This document shows, one piece after another, positions 9,511 to 24,304 of a stretch of 55,169 bases of DNA; position 1 is the first letter of the stretch; every line of letters starts with the position of its first letter. Both the position numbers and the translations under genes were made by a program. The notes beneath the pieces were generated by a model. It made no database searches, was not told the origin of the DNA, and worked only from the letters and a program-made list of their open reading frames with translations. The stretch lies in sequence record SRR31156797_4827; one strand, given 5' to 3'.

Positions 9511-10509
9511 ATGGCGATTTTAGTATTAGGAGGAGCCGGCTATATCGGTTCTCATGCAGTCGATCAATTGATCGGACAAGGAAAACAAGTCGTTGTCGTT
9601 GACAATTTGCTGACAGGACATCGCCAAGCGATCCATCCAGCAGCAACCTTTTATGAAGGGGATATTCGCGACAAAGCATTTTTACAATCGGTTTTTGAAA
9701 AAGAAACGATCGATGGCGTGATTCACTTTGCTGCTAGCTCTTTGGTGGGTGAATCCGTAGAAAAACCATTGAAATATTTCAACAATAATGTGTATGGGAT
9801 GCAGGTCCTCTTAGAAGTGATGAAGGAACATCAAGTGAAACATATTGTCTTTTCTTCTACAGCAGCAACCTATGGGGAACCTGATCATAGTCCAATCACG
9901 GAAGAAACCCCAACAAATCCTAAAAATCCTTATGGCGAAAGCAAGTTGATCATGGAAAAAATGATGCGTTGGTGCGATGAAGCCTATGGTATGAAGTATG
10001 TCGCATTGCGTTATTTCAATGTGGCTGGCGCGAAGTCGGATGCTTCGATCGGTGAAGACCATGATCCAGAAACACACTTAGTACCGATCATCTTACAAGC
10101 TGCTTTAGGACAACGAAAAGAAGTCGCGATTTTTGGGGAGGATTACGATACTCCAGATGGGACTTGTGTTCGTGATTATGTCCATGTCGAAGATCTGATC
10201 GCTGCTCACCTGTTGGCATTAGAATATTTACAAAAAGGCAATGAGAGCAATGTCTTCAATTTAGGCAGCAATCATGGGTACTCTGTGAAAGAAATGGTGG
10301 AAGCGGCCCGCAATGTAACGAAAAAAGAGATCCCAGCCAGAGTGGCGCCTCGCCGTGCCGGTGATCCAAGTACCTTAGTGGCATCGAGTGAAAAAGCACG
10401 AAAGGTTTTAGGCTGGAAACCAGTCTATACCGACGTCGAAGCAATCATCGAGACTGCTTGGAATTGGCATGTCAGCCATCCAAATGGGTATCAAGGGCAG
10501 GAGGAATAA
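9511..10509 (+). CDS. galE: UDP-glucose 4-epimerase
   Basis: [28 protein letters not shown]; start set at ATG 9511. Confidence 0.97.
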   Translation: MAILVLGGAGYIGSHAVDQLIGQGKQVVVVDNLLTGHRQAIHPAATFYEGDIRDKAFLQSVFEKETIDGVIHFAASSLVGESVEKPLKYFNNNVYGMQVLLEVMKEHQVKHIVFSSTAATYGEPDHSPITEETPTNPKNPYGESKLIMEKMMRWCDEAYGMKYVALRYFNVAGAKSDASIGEDHDPETHLVPIILQAALGQRKEVAIFGEDYDTPDGTCVRDYVHVEDLIAAHLLALEYLQKGNESNVFNLGSNHGYSVKEMVEAARNVTKKEIPARVAPRRAGDPSTLVASSEKARKVLGWKPVYTDVEAIIETAWNWHVSHPNGYQGQEE

Positions 10510-10512
10510 CCA

Positions 10513-13010
<2,498 letters not shown>

Positions 13011-13090
13011 CAACCAGTTGAATCATCGGAGGATACCGTTACACACGTCAACTGAGTTTTAATGAAATAACAAAAAAATGAATATCGCCT

Positions 13091-13161
13091 TACCCGAACC
13101 TTTAAACAGCCCCGCTGGTTTGCAACTGCAGCCGTGCTTGCTTTTTTCAAAGGTTCGGGTA
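13091..13161. repeat. 13-bp perfect inverted repeat with 45-nt spacer
   Basis: tacccgaaccttt ... aaaggttcgggta. Confidence 0.7.
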
Positions 13162-13274
13162 TTGTTGTCCTATTGCTTTTTTTCTAAACGCAGGCATCTT
13201 TTTGGAGACTTGGTTGGGCATTTGATTAGAATATGGTAGAATATGAGAGAGTTTTTTGAATGGGGAGAAGATAG

Positions 13275-14000
13275 ATGAAAACATTAGCGATTGATACCTC
13301 AAACCAGACACTGGCGGTTGCGGTGGTCGATGGTCAAGAAGTGTTGGGACAAAGCCAGACGATGGCGATCAAAAACCACAGCACAGCATTGATGCCTGCC
13401 ATTGATGGATTGATGCAGGCGGTGGGGATGGCCCCTAAAGAGCTGGAGCAAATCGTTGTTGCGAAAGGTCCTGGCTCGTATACGGGTTTGCGCATCGGTG
13501 TCACAACAGCAAAAACGCTGGCACAAACATTGAACATCCCGCTGATTGGTGTTTCTAGTTTGAAAGCAGTCGCTGCCAATTGCGTGGGCGTATCGCAAGT
13601 GATCGTCCCGTTGTTTGACGCTCGCCGTCAAAATGTCTACGCAGGTGCCTACCAATGGCATAATGGTACCTTAGAAACAAGGATCAAAGACCAGCATATC
13701 TCACTGTCTGAGTTATTGACCCAGCTAAAAGCAGTTGATGGTCAAGAAGTGCTATTTGTCGGCGCCGATACCGTCAAATTTAAAGACATGATCGAGGCGG
13801 AACTGCCGACAGCCCATATCAATCAAGTGTCGTTTTGGAATTACCCGAATGGCGTTGTTTTAGCTGCTATTGCGAAAGAAGAAGCGCCGGTGGCTTCGAT
13901 CCATGATTTTGTACCGGACTATTTAAAATTAGTTGAAGCCGAAGAAAAATGGTTAGCCTCGCATGAACCGGGAGTGGATGCCTATGTTGAAAAAATTTAA
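13275..14000 (+). CDS. tsaB: tRNA threonylcarbamoyladenosine biosynthesis protein TsaB
   Basis: LAIDTS, GPGSYTGLRIG, DARR. Confidence 0.96.
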   Translation: MKTLAIDTSNQTLAVAVVDGQEVLGQSQTMAIKNHSTALMPAIDGLMQAVGMAPKELEQIVVAKGPGSYTGLRIGVTTAKTLAQTLNIPLIGVSSLKAVAANCVGVSQVIVPLFDARRQNVYAGAYQWHNGTLETRIKDQHISLSELLTQLKAVDGQEVLFVGADTVKFKDMIEAELPTAHINQVSFWNYPNGVVLAAIAKEEAPVASIHDFVPDYLKLVEAEEKWLASHEPGVDAYVEKI

Positions 14001-14526
14001 AACGATGACGGGAAAGTTGGCTCTTTTCCGTCAGATTCAATATCCAGAGCGTAAAAAAGAGATACGAGGGGAAACGTATGTTGTTCGTGAATTAGTCGGT
14101 GATGACATTAAAGAGCTGCTGCAGGTGGAGCGTCTCGTGTATGCTGGGGAACTGCCTTGGACCAAGAGCGCCTTTTTGTCAGAACTTTATTCACGGGTCA
14201 AACATCTTTATTTGGGCATCTTGCATAATGAACGGATGATTGGGTTTATCGGGGTGCGGATTTTAGGCGCTGATGCCCATATCACTAATATCGCGATCAT
14301 TCCTGATTATCAAGGAAAAGGGATCGGTTCTTTCTTGATAGGAGAGATGGAACGTTATGCAAGGAAAAACAAATGCGACCGTTTGACATTAGAAGTTCGC
14401 CTGGGCAATCGTGATGCGCAACGTTTGTATCGGACCCTCGGGTTTGTTTCACAGGCGATCAAAACGGCGTATTACACTGAAGGCAATGAAGACGCATTGG
14501 ATATGGTGAAATTTTTAAATGACTAA
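13984..14526 (+). CDS. rimI: RimI-like GNAT N-acetyltransferase
   Basis: PW...F, HITNIAI.P.YQGKGIG, LEVR..N..AQ.LY, YY....EDA; start chosen from ggag RBS. Confidence 0.85.
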   Translation: MLKKFKTMTGKLALFRQIQYPERKKEIRGETYVVRELVGDDIKELLQVERLVYAGELPWTKSAFLSELYSRVKHLYLGILHNERMIGFIGVRILGADAHITNIAIIPDYQGKGIGSFLIGEMERYARKNKCDRLTLEVRLGNRDAQRLYRTLGFVSQAIKTAYYTEGNEDALDMVKFLND

Positions 14527-14992
14527 CGAACAAGCAGAACAAACGATCCCGACACCGCAAATGCTCTGGTCATTGGCGGATCAGAGCTATCCCTTTGGCT
14601 CGCCTTGGAATCTGCAGCAATTTCAGCAAGATTTGCAAAACAGCAACAGTCGCTATTTGTTTCGTTATGGAAAAACCAAGCAAGAGCTGATTGGGTTTCT
14701 CTGTTTTCAGCAAGTGCTGGATGAAGCAGAGCTGTTTAATGTAGCGGTTTTACCAGCATATCAAGGGCATGGTTTGGCGAAAGAATTGTTGAAACAAATG
14801 GAATCGCTCGTGGAACAAACCGATGGTCGGCGGATCTATCTTGAAGTACGTGTGTCGAATTTACAAGCACAGGCCCTTTATTTGCGCATGGGCTATACGG
14901 TCATCGGTCGTAGAAAAAAATATTACAGTCATCCTGAAGAGGATGCGTTGATTATGGAAAAGAAAGTAGGCGGAAAAAAATCAAATGAATGA
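14519..14992 (+). CDS. rimI: Second RimI-like GNAT N-acetyltransferase
   Basis: [36 protein letters not shown]. Confidence 0.85.
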   Translation: MTNEQAEQTIPTPQMLWSLADQSYPFGSPWNLQQFQQDLQNSNSRYLFRYGKTKQELIGFLCFQQVLDEAELFNVAVLPAYQGHGLAKELLKQMESLVEQTDGRRIYLEVRVSNLQAQALYLRMGYTVIGRRKKYYSHPEEDALIMEKKVGGKKSNE

Positions 14993-16004
14993 ATTGATTT
15001 TAGCCATTGAAAGCAGTTGTGATGAAACCAGTGTGGCAGTGATTAAAAACGGCGACACCATTTTAAGTAACATTGTTGCTTCGCAGATCAAGAGCCACCA
15101 GCGCTTCGGCGGTGTCGTACCAGAAGTCGCTAGTCGTCACCATGTCGAACAGATTACTTTGTGCATCGACGAAGCATTGACCCAAGCCAACACACAACCA
15201 GAAGAATTATCAGCCGTGGCTGTCACCTATGGTCCAGGGTTGGTTGGGGCACTGTTGATTGGGCTTTCTGCAGCGAAAGCCTTTGCGTGGGCCCACAGCT
15301 TACCGCTGATTCCGGTCAATCACATGGCAGGACATATTTATGCAGCTCGCCTAGTGAAGCCATTGGTTTTTCCTTTAATGGCATTATTGGTCAGCGGCGG
15401 CCACACCGAATTGGTGTATATGGCAGAAGATGGCTCTTTTGAGATCATCGGAGAAACGAGAGATGATGCCGCTGGTGAAGCCTATGACAAAGTCGGTCGA
15501 GTTCTCGGTTTGCCTTATCCTAGTGGGAAAGAAATTGATCGCCTTGCACATCTAGGTAGTGATACGTATCACTTTCCTCGAGCAATGATGCAAGAAGATA
15601 ATTTTGATTTTAGTTTCAGTGGCTTGAAGAGTTCCTTTATCAACTTTGTGCATAATGCACAGCAAAGAGAGGAAGCATTGTCAGTAGAAAATCTAGCAGC
15701 CAGTTTTCAAGCCAGCGTAGTCGAAGTATTGGTTCACAAAACAGTGCGGGCATGCCAAGCCTATCCGGTAAAACAACTGATCGTCGCTGGCGGGGTCGCC
15801 GCGAATCAAGGCTTGCGTGACGCTTTACAAAAAGCAATGCAGGAATTGCCGGAGGTAGAACTGTTGATTCCACCGTTGCGCCTTTGCGGAGATAATGCGG
15901 CCATGATTGGTGCCTATGCCCATGTTGCGTTGAAAAAGCAGCACCTAGCAGACCTTTCATTGAATGCTGATCCAAGTGTCAGCTTTGCCCATAGGATTTC
16001 TTAA
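14985..16004 (+). CDS. tsaD: tRNA N6-adenosine threonylcarbamoyltransferase
   Basis: [38 protein letters not shown]. Confidence 0.97.
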   Translation: MNELILAIESSCDETSVAVIKNGDTILSNIVASQIKSHQRFGGVVPEVASRHHVEQITLCIDEALTQANTQPEELSAVAVTYGPGLVGALLIGLSAAKAFAWAHSLPLIPVNHMAGHIYAARLVKPLVFPLMALLVSGGHTELVYMAEDGSFEIIGETRDDAAGEAYDKVGRVLGLPYPSGKEIDRLAHLGSDTYHFPRAMMQEDNFDFSFSGLKSSFINFVHNAQQREEALSVENLAASFQASVVEVLVHKTVRACQAYPVKQLIVAGGVAANQGLRDALQKAMQELPEVELLIPPLRLCGDNAAMIGAYAHVALKKQHLADLSLNADPSVSFAHRIS

Positions 16005-16011
16005 GATGATT

Positions 16012-16043
16012 GCACCTAAGATCCGTTCTTAGGTGTTTTTTTT
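16012..16043 (+). terminator. Intrinsic terminator after tsaD
   Basis: gcacctaaga-tccgt-tcttaggtgt followed by a T-run. Confidence 0.85.
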
Positions 16044-16074
16044 GTTTCATTTATGAGCAAACAGAAGATATAGT

Positions 16075-16118
16075 TGTATTATATTTCATTATTTGATATT
16101 CTGATGTATATTTATTAA
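16075..16118. promoter_or_regulatory. Two candidate ARG boxes (ArgR operators)
   Basis: TGTATTATATTTCA (16075) and TGTATATTTATTAA (16105) resemble TGnAT-W4-ATnCA; upstream of the OTCase with argR nearby. Confidence 0.55.
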
Positions 16119-16140
16119 TTATTTGAGAGGCGGGTATGCA

Positions 16141-17154
16141 ATGACATCAGTTTTTAAAGGACGCAGTTTTTTAGCAGAGAAAGATTTCACAAAAGAAGAA
16201 CTGCAATATTTAATTGATTTTTCCCAGCACTTAAAAGGGATGAAAGCCAACAATCAACCACATCGCTACTTAGAAGGAAAAAATATTGCACTTTTGTTTG
16301 AAAAGAATTCGACACGGACACGAGCAGCCTTTACGGTTGCAGCGGTGGATCTGGGGGCACATCCGGAATTTTTAGGGGCCAATGATATTCAGTTGGGGTC
16401 TAAAGAATCCATTGAAGATACCGCCAAAGTATTCGGCCGCATGTTTGACGGGATCGAGTTTCGCGGCTTTAGCCAACAGGTTGTCGAAGATCTGGCCAAC
16501 TATTCAGGCGTGCCTGTTTGGAATGGCTTAACGGATGACTGGCATCCAACACAAATGATCGCTGACTTTTTAACCATTCAAGAAAACTTCGGTGAACTGA
16601 CTGGCTTGACCATCGCATACTGCGGGGATGGGCGCAACAATGTCGCCAATTCTTTGTTAGTGACGAGTGCGATTTTAGGGGTCAATATTCATGTCGTCAC
16701 CCCGAAGGCCTTGCAGCCAGAAGCAAACATTATCGAACAAGCACAAGCCTATGCTCAGCACTCTGGCACAAAGATCCTGGTGACGGATGACGTGGATCAA
16801 GGTGTTTTAGGCGCTGATGTCGTGTATACCGATGTTTGGGTTTCAATGGGCGAAGAAGAAAAATTTGAAGAGCGGATCGAACAGCTGCTGCCTTATCAAG
16901 TAAACCAATCGTTGATGGAAAAAACGCAAAATGACCAAGTGATTTTTATGCACTGTTTACCGGCTTTTCATGATGAACAAACTATTTATGGCAAAAAAGC
17001 AGCGCAGGCGTATGGGATTTCTGAGATGGAAGTCACTGACGAGGTCTTTCGTAGCAAGTATGCTCGTCAATTTGATCAAGCCGAAAATCGTTTGCACTCA
17101 ATCAAAGCGATCATGGCAGTGACTGCCGGGGATCTATTTATTCCTAAAGTATAA
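16141..17154 (+). CDS. arcB: Ornithine carbamoyltransferase (catabolic ArcB-like sequence; ArgF/ArcB family)
   Basis: [21 protein letters not shown] motifs; termini resemble lactic-acid-bacterial ArcB. Confidence 0.9.
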   Translation: MTSVFKGRSFLAEKDFTKEELQYLIDFSQHLKGMKANNQPHRYLEGKNIALLFEKNSTRTRAAFTVAAVDLGAHPEFLGANDIQLGSKESIEDTAKVFGRMFDGIEFRGFSQQVVEDLANYSGVPVWNGLTDDWHPTQMIADFLTIQENFGELTGLTIAYCGDGRNNVANSLLVTSAILGVNIHVVTPKALQPEANIIEQAQAYAQHSGTKILVTDDVDQGVLGADVVYTDVWVSMGEEEKFEERIEQLLPYQVNQSLMEKTQNDQVIFMHCLPAFHDEQTIYGKKAAQAYGISEMEVTDEVFRSKYARQFDQAENRLHSIKAIMAVTAGDLFIPKV

Positions 17155-17242
17155 AAATAAAATTTTTGAAAAATGCCAGAATCTCGCTAGCCAAACAAAC
17201 ATTTCTTTGCTATACTTTCTGGGAAGTAAATAGCCTTGATTT

Positions 17243-17454
17243 GATGAAACAAGAGAAGTAGCGATTCGAGTATCAGTTAGCGAGTTCGGGGTGGTGGAAG
17301 CCGAATTGATCAGATTGTGAAACGCACTTGTGAGAATTTGCTAAGCAAACGGAATTCTGCCGTTATCAGAAAAAAGTGGGTCCGAAAAGGACAATCAGAG
17401 TGGTACCGCGGGAAATCTCGTCTCTAGTGCAAGTTATGCGCTAGAGGCTTTTTT
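17243..17454 (+). ncRNA. T-box riboswitch (Arg) upstream of argS
   Basis: AGTA and AGCGAG..GGTGGAA stem I motifs; CGC specifier at 17323-17325; T-box AGAGTGGTACCGCG (~17397-17410); terminator 17420-17454. Confidence 0.93.
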
Positions 17455-17554
17455 GTTTTTATCAATCATTTCTTGCATGAAAAAATACAACTGTTTGCTT
17501 GCTTCAAACAACGTTTCATCAAAAAATGGGTTCAGTCATTATAGGAGGGATACT

Positions 17555-19246
17555 ATGAATAACAAAGAAATCGTCGCACAAGCGATCCATCAAGTAGTAA
17601 AAGAAGATCTATCGATCGAACAAGTTCAGCAATTACTGGAAAATCCAAAGTCAGCCGACCATGGGGATGTGGCATTCCCAGCCTTCTCGCTAGCAAAAGT
17701 CTATCGGAAAGCGCCGCAGCAAATTGCCGCAGACTTAGCAGAAAAAATCGATCAAGCGTCTTTTGAAAAAATTGAAGTGGTCGGTCCGTATTTAAACTTC
17801 TTTATGGATAAAAAAGCAATCTCTGCCCATGTCTTAGAGCTGGTTCTCAAAGAAAAAAATCATTTTGGCGATCAAACCATCGGCAATCAGCAAGCAGTAC
17901 CGATCGATATGTCTTCACCAAATATTGCCAAACCCATCTCAATGGGGCATTTGCGTTCCACTGTGATTGGTAACTCGATCGGCTTTATTTTAGAAAAAAT
18001 CGGTTATCAGCCAATTCGCATCAACCATTTAGGCGACTGGGGCACACAATTTGGGAAATTGATCGTTGCCTATAAGAAGTGGGGGTCAGAAGAAGCGGTC
18101 AAAGCGGAACCAATCAACGAACTATTACGTTTGTATGTTGATTTTCATGAAGCAGCCGAGACAGATAAGCAATTAGAAGATGATGCGAGAGCTTGGTTCA
18201 AGAAACTAGAAGATGGTGACCAAGAAGCAATGGATTTGTGGCAATGGTTCCGTGATGAATCATTAAAAGAATTCAATAAAATCTATGATATGTTGGAAGT
18301 TTCCTTTGATTCATTGAATGGCGAAGCTTTCTATAATGATAAAATGACAGAAGTCGTGGAATTATTAGAAGAAAAACACTTGCTAAAAGAAGACCAAGGG
18401 GCAGAAATCGTTGATTTGGCTGCCTATGACTTAAATCCGGCATTGATCCGTAAGTCCGATGGTGCGACCCTTTACATCACACGGGATATGGCTGCAGCGC
18501 TTTACCGCAAACGGACCTACAATTTTGCAAAATCATTGTACGTGGTAGGGAATGAACAAAGTTATCACTTCAAACAATTAAAAGCTGTTTTGAAGGAAAT
18601 GGGCTTTGAGTGGGCAGATGATATGACCCACGTACCATTTGGGTTGATCACCAAAGATGGGAAAAAACTGTCTACAAGAAAAGGCAAGATTGTTCTTTTG
18701 GAAGAAGTATTGAATGAAGCGATCGATTCAGCGAAAGAACAAATCACTGAAAAGAACCCAACACTTGAAAACAAAGAAGAAGTAGCAAAACAAGTCGGTG
18801 TCGGGGCAGTCGTTTTCCACGATTTGAAAAATGACCGTTTGAATAATTTCGACTTTACGCTAGAAGAAGTCGTCCGTTTTGAAGGAGAGACCGGACCATA
18901 CGTGCAATACTCTCATGCCCGTGCCATGAGCATTCTTGAAAAAGCCAACTTTGATCCCGCTGCTGTCAGCAGTCTGGCGTTGGCAGACGCTGAGAGCTGG
19001 GAAGTTATCAAATTGATTCAGCGCTACCCAGAAACGGTCATGCAAGCGGCGGAAAAATATGAACCATCCGTCATTGCCAAACATGCCATCAAGTTGGCAC
19101 AAGCCTTTAACAAGTATTATGCCAATGTCAAAATCTTAGCCGAAGATACGGAAAAAGACGCACGTCTAGCTCTTGTTTATGCAGTAACTACTCTATTGAA
19201 AGAAGATTTACGGTTGCTTGGTTTACACGCACCCGACAAAATGTAA
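17555..19246 (+). CDS. argS: Arginine--tRNA ligase
   Basis: [34 protein letters not shown]; aggaggg RBS before ATG 17555. Confidence 0.97.
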   Translation: MNNKEIVAQAIHQVVKEDLSIEQVQQLLENPKSADHGDVAFPAFSLAKVYRKAPQQIAADLAEKIDQASFEKIEVVGPYLNFFMDKKAISAHVLELVLKEKNHFGDQTIGNQQAVPIDMSSPNIAKPISMGHLRSTVIGNSIGFILEKIGYQPIRINHLGDWGTQFGKLIVAYKKWGSEEAVKAEPINELLRLYVDFHEAAETDKQLEDDARAWFKKLEDGDQEAMDLWQWFRDESLKEFNKIYDMLEVSFDSLNGEAFYNDKMTEVVELLEEKHLLKEDQGAEIVDLAAYDLNPALIRKSDGATLYITRDMAAALYRKRTYNFAKSLYVVGNEQSYHFKQLKAVLKEMGFEWADDMTHVPFGLITKDGKKLSTRKGKIVLLEEVLNEAIDSAKEQITEKNPTLENKEEVAKQVGVGAVVFHDLKNDRLNNFDFTLEEVVRFEGETGPYVQYSHARAMSILEKANFDPAAVSSLALADAESWEVIKLIQRYPETVMQAAEKYEPSVIAKHAIKLAQAFNKYYANVKILAEDTEKDARLALVYAVTTLLKEDLRLLGLHAPDKM

Positions 19247-19247
19247 C

Positions 19248-19291
19248 AAAAAAAGCTGTGCTTCTTGTTTCGACAAGGGCACAGCTTTTTT
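19248..19291. terminator. Bidirectional terminator argS/argR
   Basis: aaaaaagctgtgcttcttgt-ttcg-acaagggcacagctttttt. Confidence 0.85.
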
Positions 19292-19331
19292 GTAGTGAAG
19301 AATGCAGCTAGATCCTATAGCTGTTTTTGCG

Positions 19332-19802
19332 CTATAAGACCGCGTGGTTTCTGATAAATTGATAAAAAGTTTCAGCGTCTTCGTCGCTGCGGGAAATCAC
19401 CGCTACTGTATCAAAGCCCGCCAACGAGCAAACTTTTTCTGGCATGGTCACTTCATCGATCGCTGCCGAAAGCAAAGGCGCATTGTCCGCAACGGTATGG
19501 ATCAAGGTCATGAATTGCACACGATCTACTTTAGTGACAACGTCTTCGATCATCTGTATCAACCGCTGCTCTTCTTCTTTTTCATCCTCAGAAGCTTGCA
19601 TTCCTTGAAAAATGACAAACTTTGTCTGACCTGACTCATCGGGCACTTTCACGATTTTCAAATCACGAATATCGCGAGAAATAGTCGCTTGCGTGGCGGA
19701 GACGCCTTGGACTTCCAATTGCTGCAATAATTCTTCTTGCGTGCGTACAGTATGTTCAGTAATGATTTGTCTAATAAGTAAATGGCGATCAGCTTTTCGC
19801 AT
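19332..19802 (-). CDS. argR: Arginine repressor
   Basis: TQEEL, TQATISRDI winged HTH; C-terminal LAGFDT. Confidence 0.93.
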   Translation of the reverse strand: MRKADRHLLIRQIITEHTVRTQEELLQQLEVQGVSATQATISRDIRDLKIVKVPDESGQTKFVIFQGMQASEDEKEEEQRLIQMIEDVVTKVDRVQFMTLIHTVADNAPLLSAAIDEVTMPEKVCSLAGFDTVAVISRSDEDAETFYQFIRNHAVL

Positions 19803-19976
19803 AGGTAAACTCCTTTAAGCATGATTGATTAAGTCAGCCTTATCATAGCAGATAACGCCGAAAAAACCTAGATATTATAAGAAAAGATTTAGAGTGTTAA
19901 AAAAAGCTGGATCGTGAATCGTAGTTTTTCATTTGAATCAGTTGCATTTCTTTTTTAGCTACTGTATACTGTTTAA

Positions 19977-20102
19977 GGCGTGAGTTTTTCACGTCAATCC
20001 CACATCTTGTTCCATCTGCGAAGCGGTGCTGATCGATTCAGTTCTTCAAGGAGTAAAAGAGCAAGAGAGGAAAACAAAAAACCAAATTGGAGGAAACACA
20101 AC
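19977..20102 (+). promoter_or_regulatory. rpsB 5' leader (probable S2 autoregulatory RNA)
   Basis: Promoter TTGCAT(19942)-17-TATACT(19965); ~125-nt leader with CACA...GGTGC elements as recalled for Firmicute rpsB leaders. Confidence 0.6.
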
Positions 20103-20891
20103 ATGGCAGTAATCTCAATGAAACAATTACTTGAAGCCGGCGTACACTTTGGTCACCAAACTCGTCGCTGGAACCCAAAAATGAAGAAATATATCTTCAC
20201 AGAAAGAAACGGCATCTACATCATTGATTTGCAAAAAACAGTGAAATTAGTAGACGCAGCTTACGACTACATGAAAAATGTTGCTGAAGAAGGCGGCGTT
20301 GCATTGTTCGTAGGTACTAAAAAACAAGCACAAGAAGCAATCAAAGAAGAAGCAATCCGTTCAGGTCAATACTATGTTAACCATCGTTGGTTAGGTGGAA
20401 CATTGACAAACTGGGAAACAATCCAAAAACGTGTTGCTCGTTTGAAACAAATCAACAAAATGGAAGAAGATGGTACATTTGCTGTTCTTCCTAAAAAAGA
20501 AGTCGTTGGCTTGAACAAAGAGCGCGAACGTCTTGAAAAATTCTTAGGCGGTATCGCTGATATGCCAAGAATTCCAGATGTAATGTACGTTGTTGACCCA
20601 CGTAAAGAACGTATCGCGATCCAAGAAGCACGCAAATTAAATATCCCGATCGTAGCGATGGTCGATACAAACTGTGATCCAGACGAAATCGATGTTGTTA
20701 TCCCATCAAATGATGACGCTATTCGTGCCGTTAAATTGATCACTGCGAAAATGGCAGATGCTTTCATCGAAGGTAACCAAGGCGAAGACCAAGTAGCAGA
20801 AGAAGATTTTGCTGCTGAATCAACAGAAAACGCAACTTCAATCGAAGAAATCGTTGATGTTGTCGAAGGCGACAACGCATCAGCTGAATAA
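20103..20891 (+). CDS. rpsB: 30S ribosomal protein S2
   Basis: [27 protein letters not shown]; ggagg RBS. Confidence 0.99.
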   Translation: MAVISMKQLLEAGVHFGHQTRRWNPKMKKYIFTERNGIYIIDLQKTVKLVDAAYDYMKNVAEEGGVALFVGTKKQAQEAIKEEAIRSGQYYVNHRWLGGTLTNWETIQKRVARLKQINKMEEDGTFAVLPKKEVVGLNKERERLEKFLGGIADMPRIPDVMYVVDPRKERIAIQEARKLNIPIVAMVDTNCDPDEIDVVIPSNDDAIRAVKLITAKMADAFIEGNQGEDQVAEEDFAAESTENATSIEEIVDVVEGDNASAE

Positions 20892-20900
20892 TAAATGATG

Positions 20901-20957
20901 GAGCTGTTTCAAAGGCTAGGCGCCAAGCCTCACTCTCCTTTGAAACAGCTTTTTTTA
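20901..20957 (+). terminator. Terminator/attenuator-like hairpin between rpsB and tsf
   Basis: agctgtttcaaagg ... cctttgaaacagct followed by a T-run. Confidence 0.7.
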
Positions 20958-21001
20958 AAGACAAGCAATCTTGTTTAAAAACATTTAGGAGGAAACAAAA
21001 A

Positions 21002-21883
21002 ATGGCAGAAGTAACAGCTAAATTAGTAAAAGAATTACGCGATATGACTGGTGTAGGAATGATGGACGCAAAACGTGCATTAGTTGAAGTAGAAGGCGAC
21101 ATCGAAAAAGCCGTTGACTTATTACGTGAAAAAGGTATGGCAAAAGCTGCGAAGAAAAACGACCGTATTGCTGCTGAAGGTTTAGCATCTGTAGCAATCA
21201 ACGGCAACACAGCAGCAATCGTTGAAGTGAACTCAGAAACTGACTTCGTTTCTAAAAACGAAATGTTCCAAGACTTAGTAAAAGAAATCGCTGAAGTAAT
21301 CGCAGCGAACAAACCAGCTGATATGGATGCTGCTTTAAAATTAGAAACCTCTAAAGGCACAATGGATGCTGCGTTGATCGAAGCAACACAAGTAATCGGA
21401 GAAAAAATCAGCTTCCGTCGTTTTGAAGTTGTTGAAAAAGATGACAATGCTGCTTTCGGCGGTTACCTACACATGGGCGGACGTATTGCGGTATTGACTG
21501 TTCTTGAAGGAACAACTGACGAATCAGTTGCGAAAGATGTTGCAATGCACGTTGCAGCGATCAACCCTCGCTACGTGAACGAAGCACAAATCTCTCAAGA
21601 AGAATTGGATCATGAAAAACAAGTCTTGACAGAACAAGCATTGAACGAAGGCAAACCAGCGAACATCGTTGAAAAAATGGTTGAAGGACGCTTGAAGAAA
21701 TTTAAAGCAGAAATCGCTTTGGTTGACCAACCATTCGTTAAAGACCCAGATATGACAGTTGAAAAATATGTTGTATCAAAAGGCGCAACTGTGAAATCTT
21801 TTGTCCGCTTTGAAGTCGGCGAAGGTATCGAAAAACGCGAAGACAACTTCGTTGAAGAAGTAATGAGCCAAGTGAAAAAATAA
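21002..21883 (+). CDS. tsf: Elongation factor Ts
   Basis: [30 protein letters not shown]. Confidence 0.99.
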   Translation: MAEVTAKLVKELRDMTGVGMMDAKRALVEVEGDIEKAVDLLREKGMAKAAKKNDRIAAEGLASVAINGNTAAIVEVNSETDFVSKNEMFQDLVKEIAEVIAANKPADMDAALKLETSKGTMDAALIEATQVIGEKISFRRFEVVEKDDNAAFGGYLHMGGRIAVLTVLEGTTDESVAKDVAMHVAAINPRYVNEAQISQEELDHEKQVLTEQALNEGKPANIVEKMVEGRLKKFKAEIALVDQPFVKDPDMTVEKYVVSKGATVKSFVRFEVGEGIEKREDNFVEEVMSQVKK

Positions 21884-21902
21884 TTCTGTTCCTCGAACAG
21901 AT

Positions 21903-21933
21903 GGGAACGCATGGAAGTGCGCTCCCTTTTTTT
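21903..21933 (+). terminator. Terminator after tsf
   Basis: gggaacgcat-ggaa-gtgcgctccc followed by a T-run. Confidence 0.75.
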
Positions 21934-22003
21934 AAGCAAAAACGGTTTTTGAAGAAATAGTGTAGATAATTTTCAACGAAAGAGCACCAATATGCTACAA
22001 TAG

Positions 22004-22753
<750 letters not shown>

Positions 22754-22754
22754 C

Positions 22755-23312
22755 ATGGCTGACAAAATTTTAACAGAAGCAAAAGACAAAATGAAAAAAG
22801 CAGCAGAAAACTTGCAGCGGGAATTAGGACAAATCCGTGCTGGCCGCGCGAACGCGAGCATCTTAGACCGCGTAATGGTTACTTACTATGGTGTACCAAC
22901 ACCCTTGAACCAAATGGCTTCAATTACGATTCCAGAAGCAAGAATTTTGATGATCACACCTTTTGACAAAACAATGATCCAAGAAGTAGAAAAAGCTATC
23001 ATGCAAAGTGATATTGGTATCACACCTGCCAATGATGGAACGGTCATTCGTTTGGTGATTCCTCAATTAACGGAAGAACGCCGTAAAGAATTAGCGAAAG
23101 ACGTGAAAAAAGAAGCTGAAAATGCGAAAATCGCCGTCCGTAACATTCGTCGGGATGCCATGGAAGCTTACAAGAAACAAGAAAAAGCTGGCGATATCAC
23201 AGAAGATGATTTGCGGGAATCTGAAAAAGAAGTGCAGACTGCTACAGATAACAGCATCAAAGAAATCGATGCCATCGCAGCTGAAAAAGAACAAGAATTA
23301 CTTGAAGTTTAA
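22755..23312 (+). CDS. frr: Ribosome recycling factor
   Basis: [24 protein letters not shown]. Confidence 0.98.
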   Translation: MADKILTEAKDKMKKAAENLQRELGQIRAGRANASILDRVMVTYYGVPTPLNQMASITIPEARILMITPFDKTMIQEVEKAIMQSDIGITPANDGTVIRLVIPQLTEERRKELAKDVKKEAENAKIAVRNIRRDAMEAYKKQEKAGDITEDDLRESEKEVQTATDNSIKEIDAIAAEKEQELLEV

Positions 23313-23322
23313 AAGGAATGAC

Positions 23323-23350
23323 GAAGAGTCGCTTCAGCGGCTCTTTTTTT
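23323..23350 (+). terminator. Terminator after frr
   Basis: aagagtcgc-ttca-gcggctctt followed by a T-run. Confidence 0.8.
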
Positions 23351-23503
23351 ATGGGCGAAACTATCTCATGTACTTGAATATGACAGCTGTTTTTTTGTTT
23401 TTTCTTAATATAGAAATCTTTTCTTGGTTTTCATAGGCAAGAAATCTGATTATTGTTATAATGTAAAAGATGAATTTCAAGAATTGGAAGAGGAGCGAAT
23501 ACG

Positions 23504-24304
23504 ATGCTGCGTTTTTTTCCACAAAAAGACAAATATATCAAAGAAGCGGCTGAACATGAATTTGATCCATCACTGCCGATTCCCCAACACATCGCGATCA
23601 TTATGGATGGTAACGGCAGATGGGCGCAAAATCGGCGCTTGCCAAGAGTAGCTGGCCACAAAGAAGGCATGGAGACGGTAAAGAAAATCACGAAACACGC
23701 TTCACACTTAGGTGTGAAGGTATTGACGCTTTATGCATTTTCGACAGAGAATTGGAAAAGGCCGAACGAGGAAGTAGACTTTTTGATGCAACTACCAGTC
23801 GACTTTTTCGACACCTTTGTTCCTGAGCTGATCAAAGAAAATGTTCAAGTCAAAGTGATGGGGTTCACGGATTCTTTACCCGCGCACACGCAAGAAGCGG
23901 TCAAGCGAGCGATCGACCAAACCAAAGATAACACCGGGATGATCTTGAATTTTGCTTTAAATTACGGCAGCCGCGCAGAAATTTTGACAGCTGTCCAAGC
24001 GCTTTATGAAGAACTCTCGGCTTCCGGCGAAGCCCTACCAGAGCTCACGGAAGACATGCTGGGGACGCATTTGATGACTGGTTTTTTACCAAGCCCTTTG
24101 CGGGATCCTGAATTGGTGATTCGAACGAGTGGTGAGGAACGTGTCAGTAATTTCTTGTTATGGCAGATTGCATACAGCGAGTTATTCTTTACGAAGGCGC
24201 TCTGGCCTGATTTCGATGCTGCTTTACTAGAAGATGCGATCGGGAGCTTTCAACAACGAAACCGGCGTTTTGGCGGTTTGAAAACAGAGGAGGAAGAAGA
24301 GTGA
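23504..24304 (+). CDS. uppS: Undecaprenyl diphosphate synthase
   Basis: HIAIIMDGNGRWA, FSTENWKRP, RTSGEERVSNFLLWQ. Confidence 0.97.
   Translation: MLRFFPQKDKYIKEAAEHEFDPSLPIPQHIAIIMDGNGRWAQNRRLPRVAGHKEGMETVKKITKHASHLGVKVLTLYAFSTENWKRPNEEVDFLMQLPVDFFDTFVPELIKENVQVKVMGFTDSLPAHTQEAVKRAIDQTKDNTGMILNFALNYGSRAEILTAVQALYEELSASGEALPELTEDMLGTHLMTGFLPSPLRDPELVIRTSGEERVSNFLLWQIAYSELFFTKALWPDFDAALLEDAIGSFQQRNRRFGGLKTEEEEE

Noticed and set aside
17453-17554. N-terminal extension of ArgS and an ARG-box-like TGCAT-N6-ATACA
   Set aside because: The strong RBS points to ATG 17555; the box spacing is 6 rather than 4
19980-20102. 41-aa extension of RpsB
   Set aside because: This is the untranslated leader; the conserved S2 start and RBS are at 20103
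20372-21939. Long antisense ORFs (167, 227 and 109 aa) over rpsB/tsf
   Set aside because: Shadow frames caused by strong codon bias of highly expressed genes; no RBS or protein-like motifs
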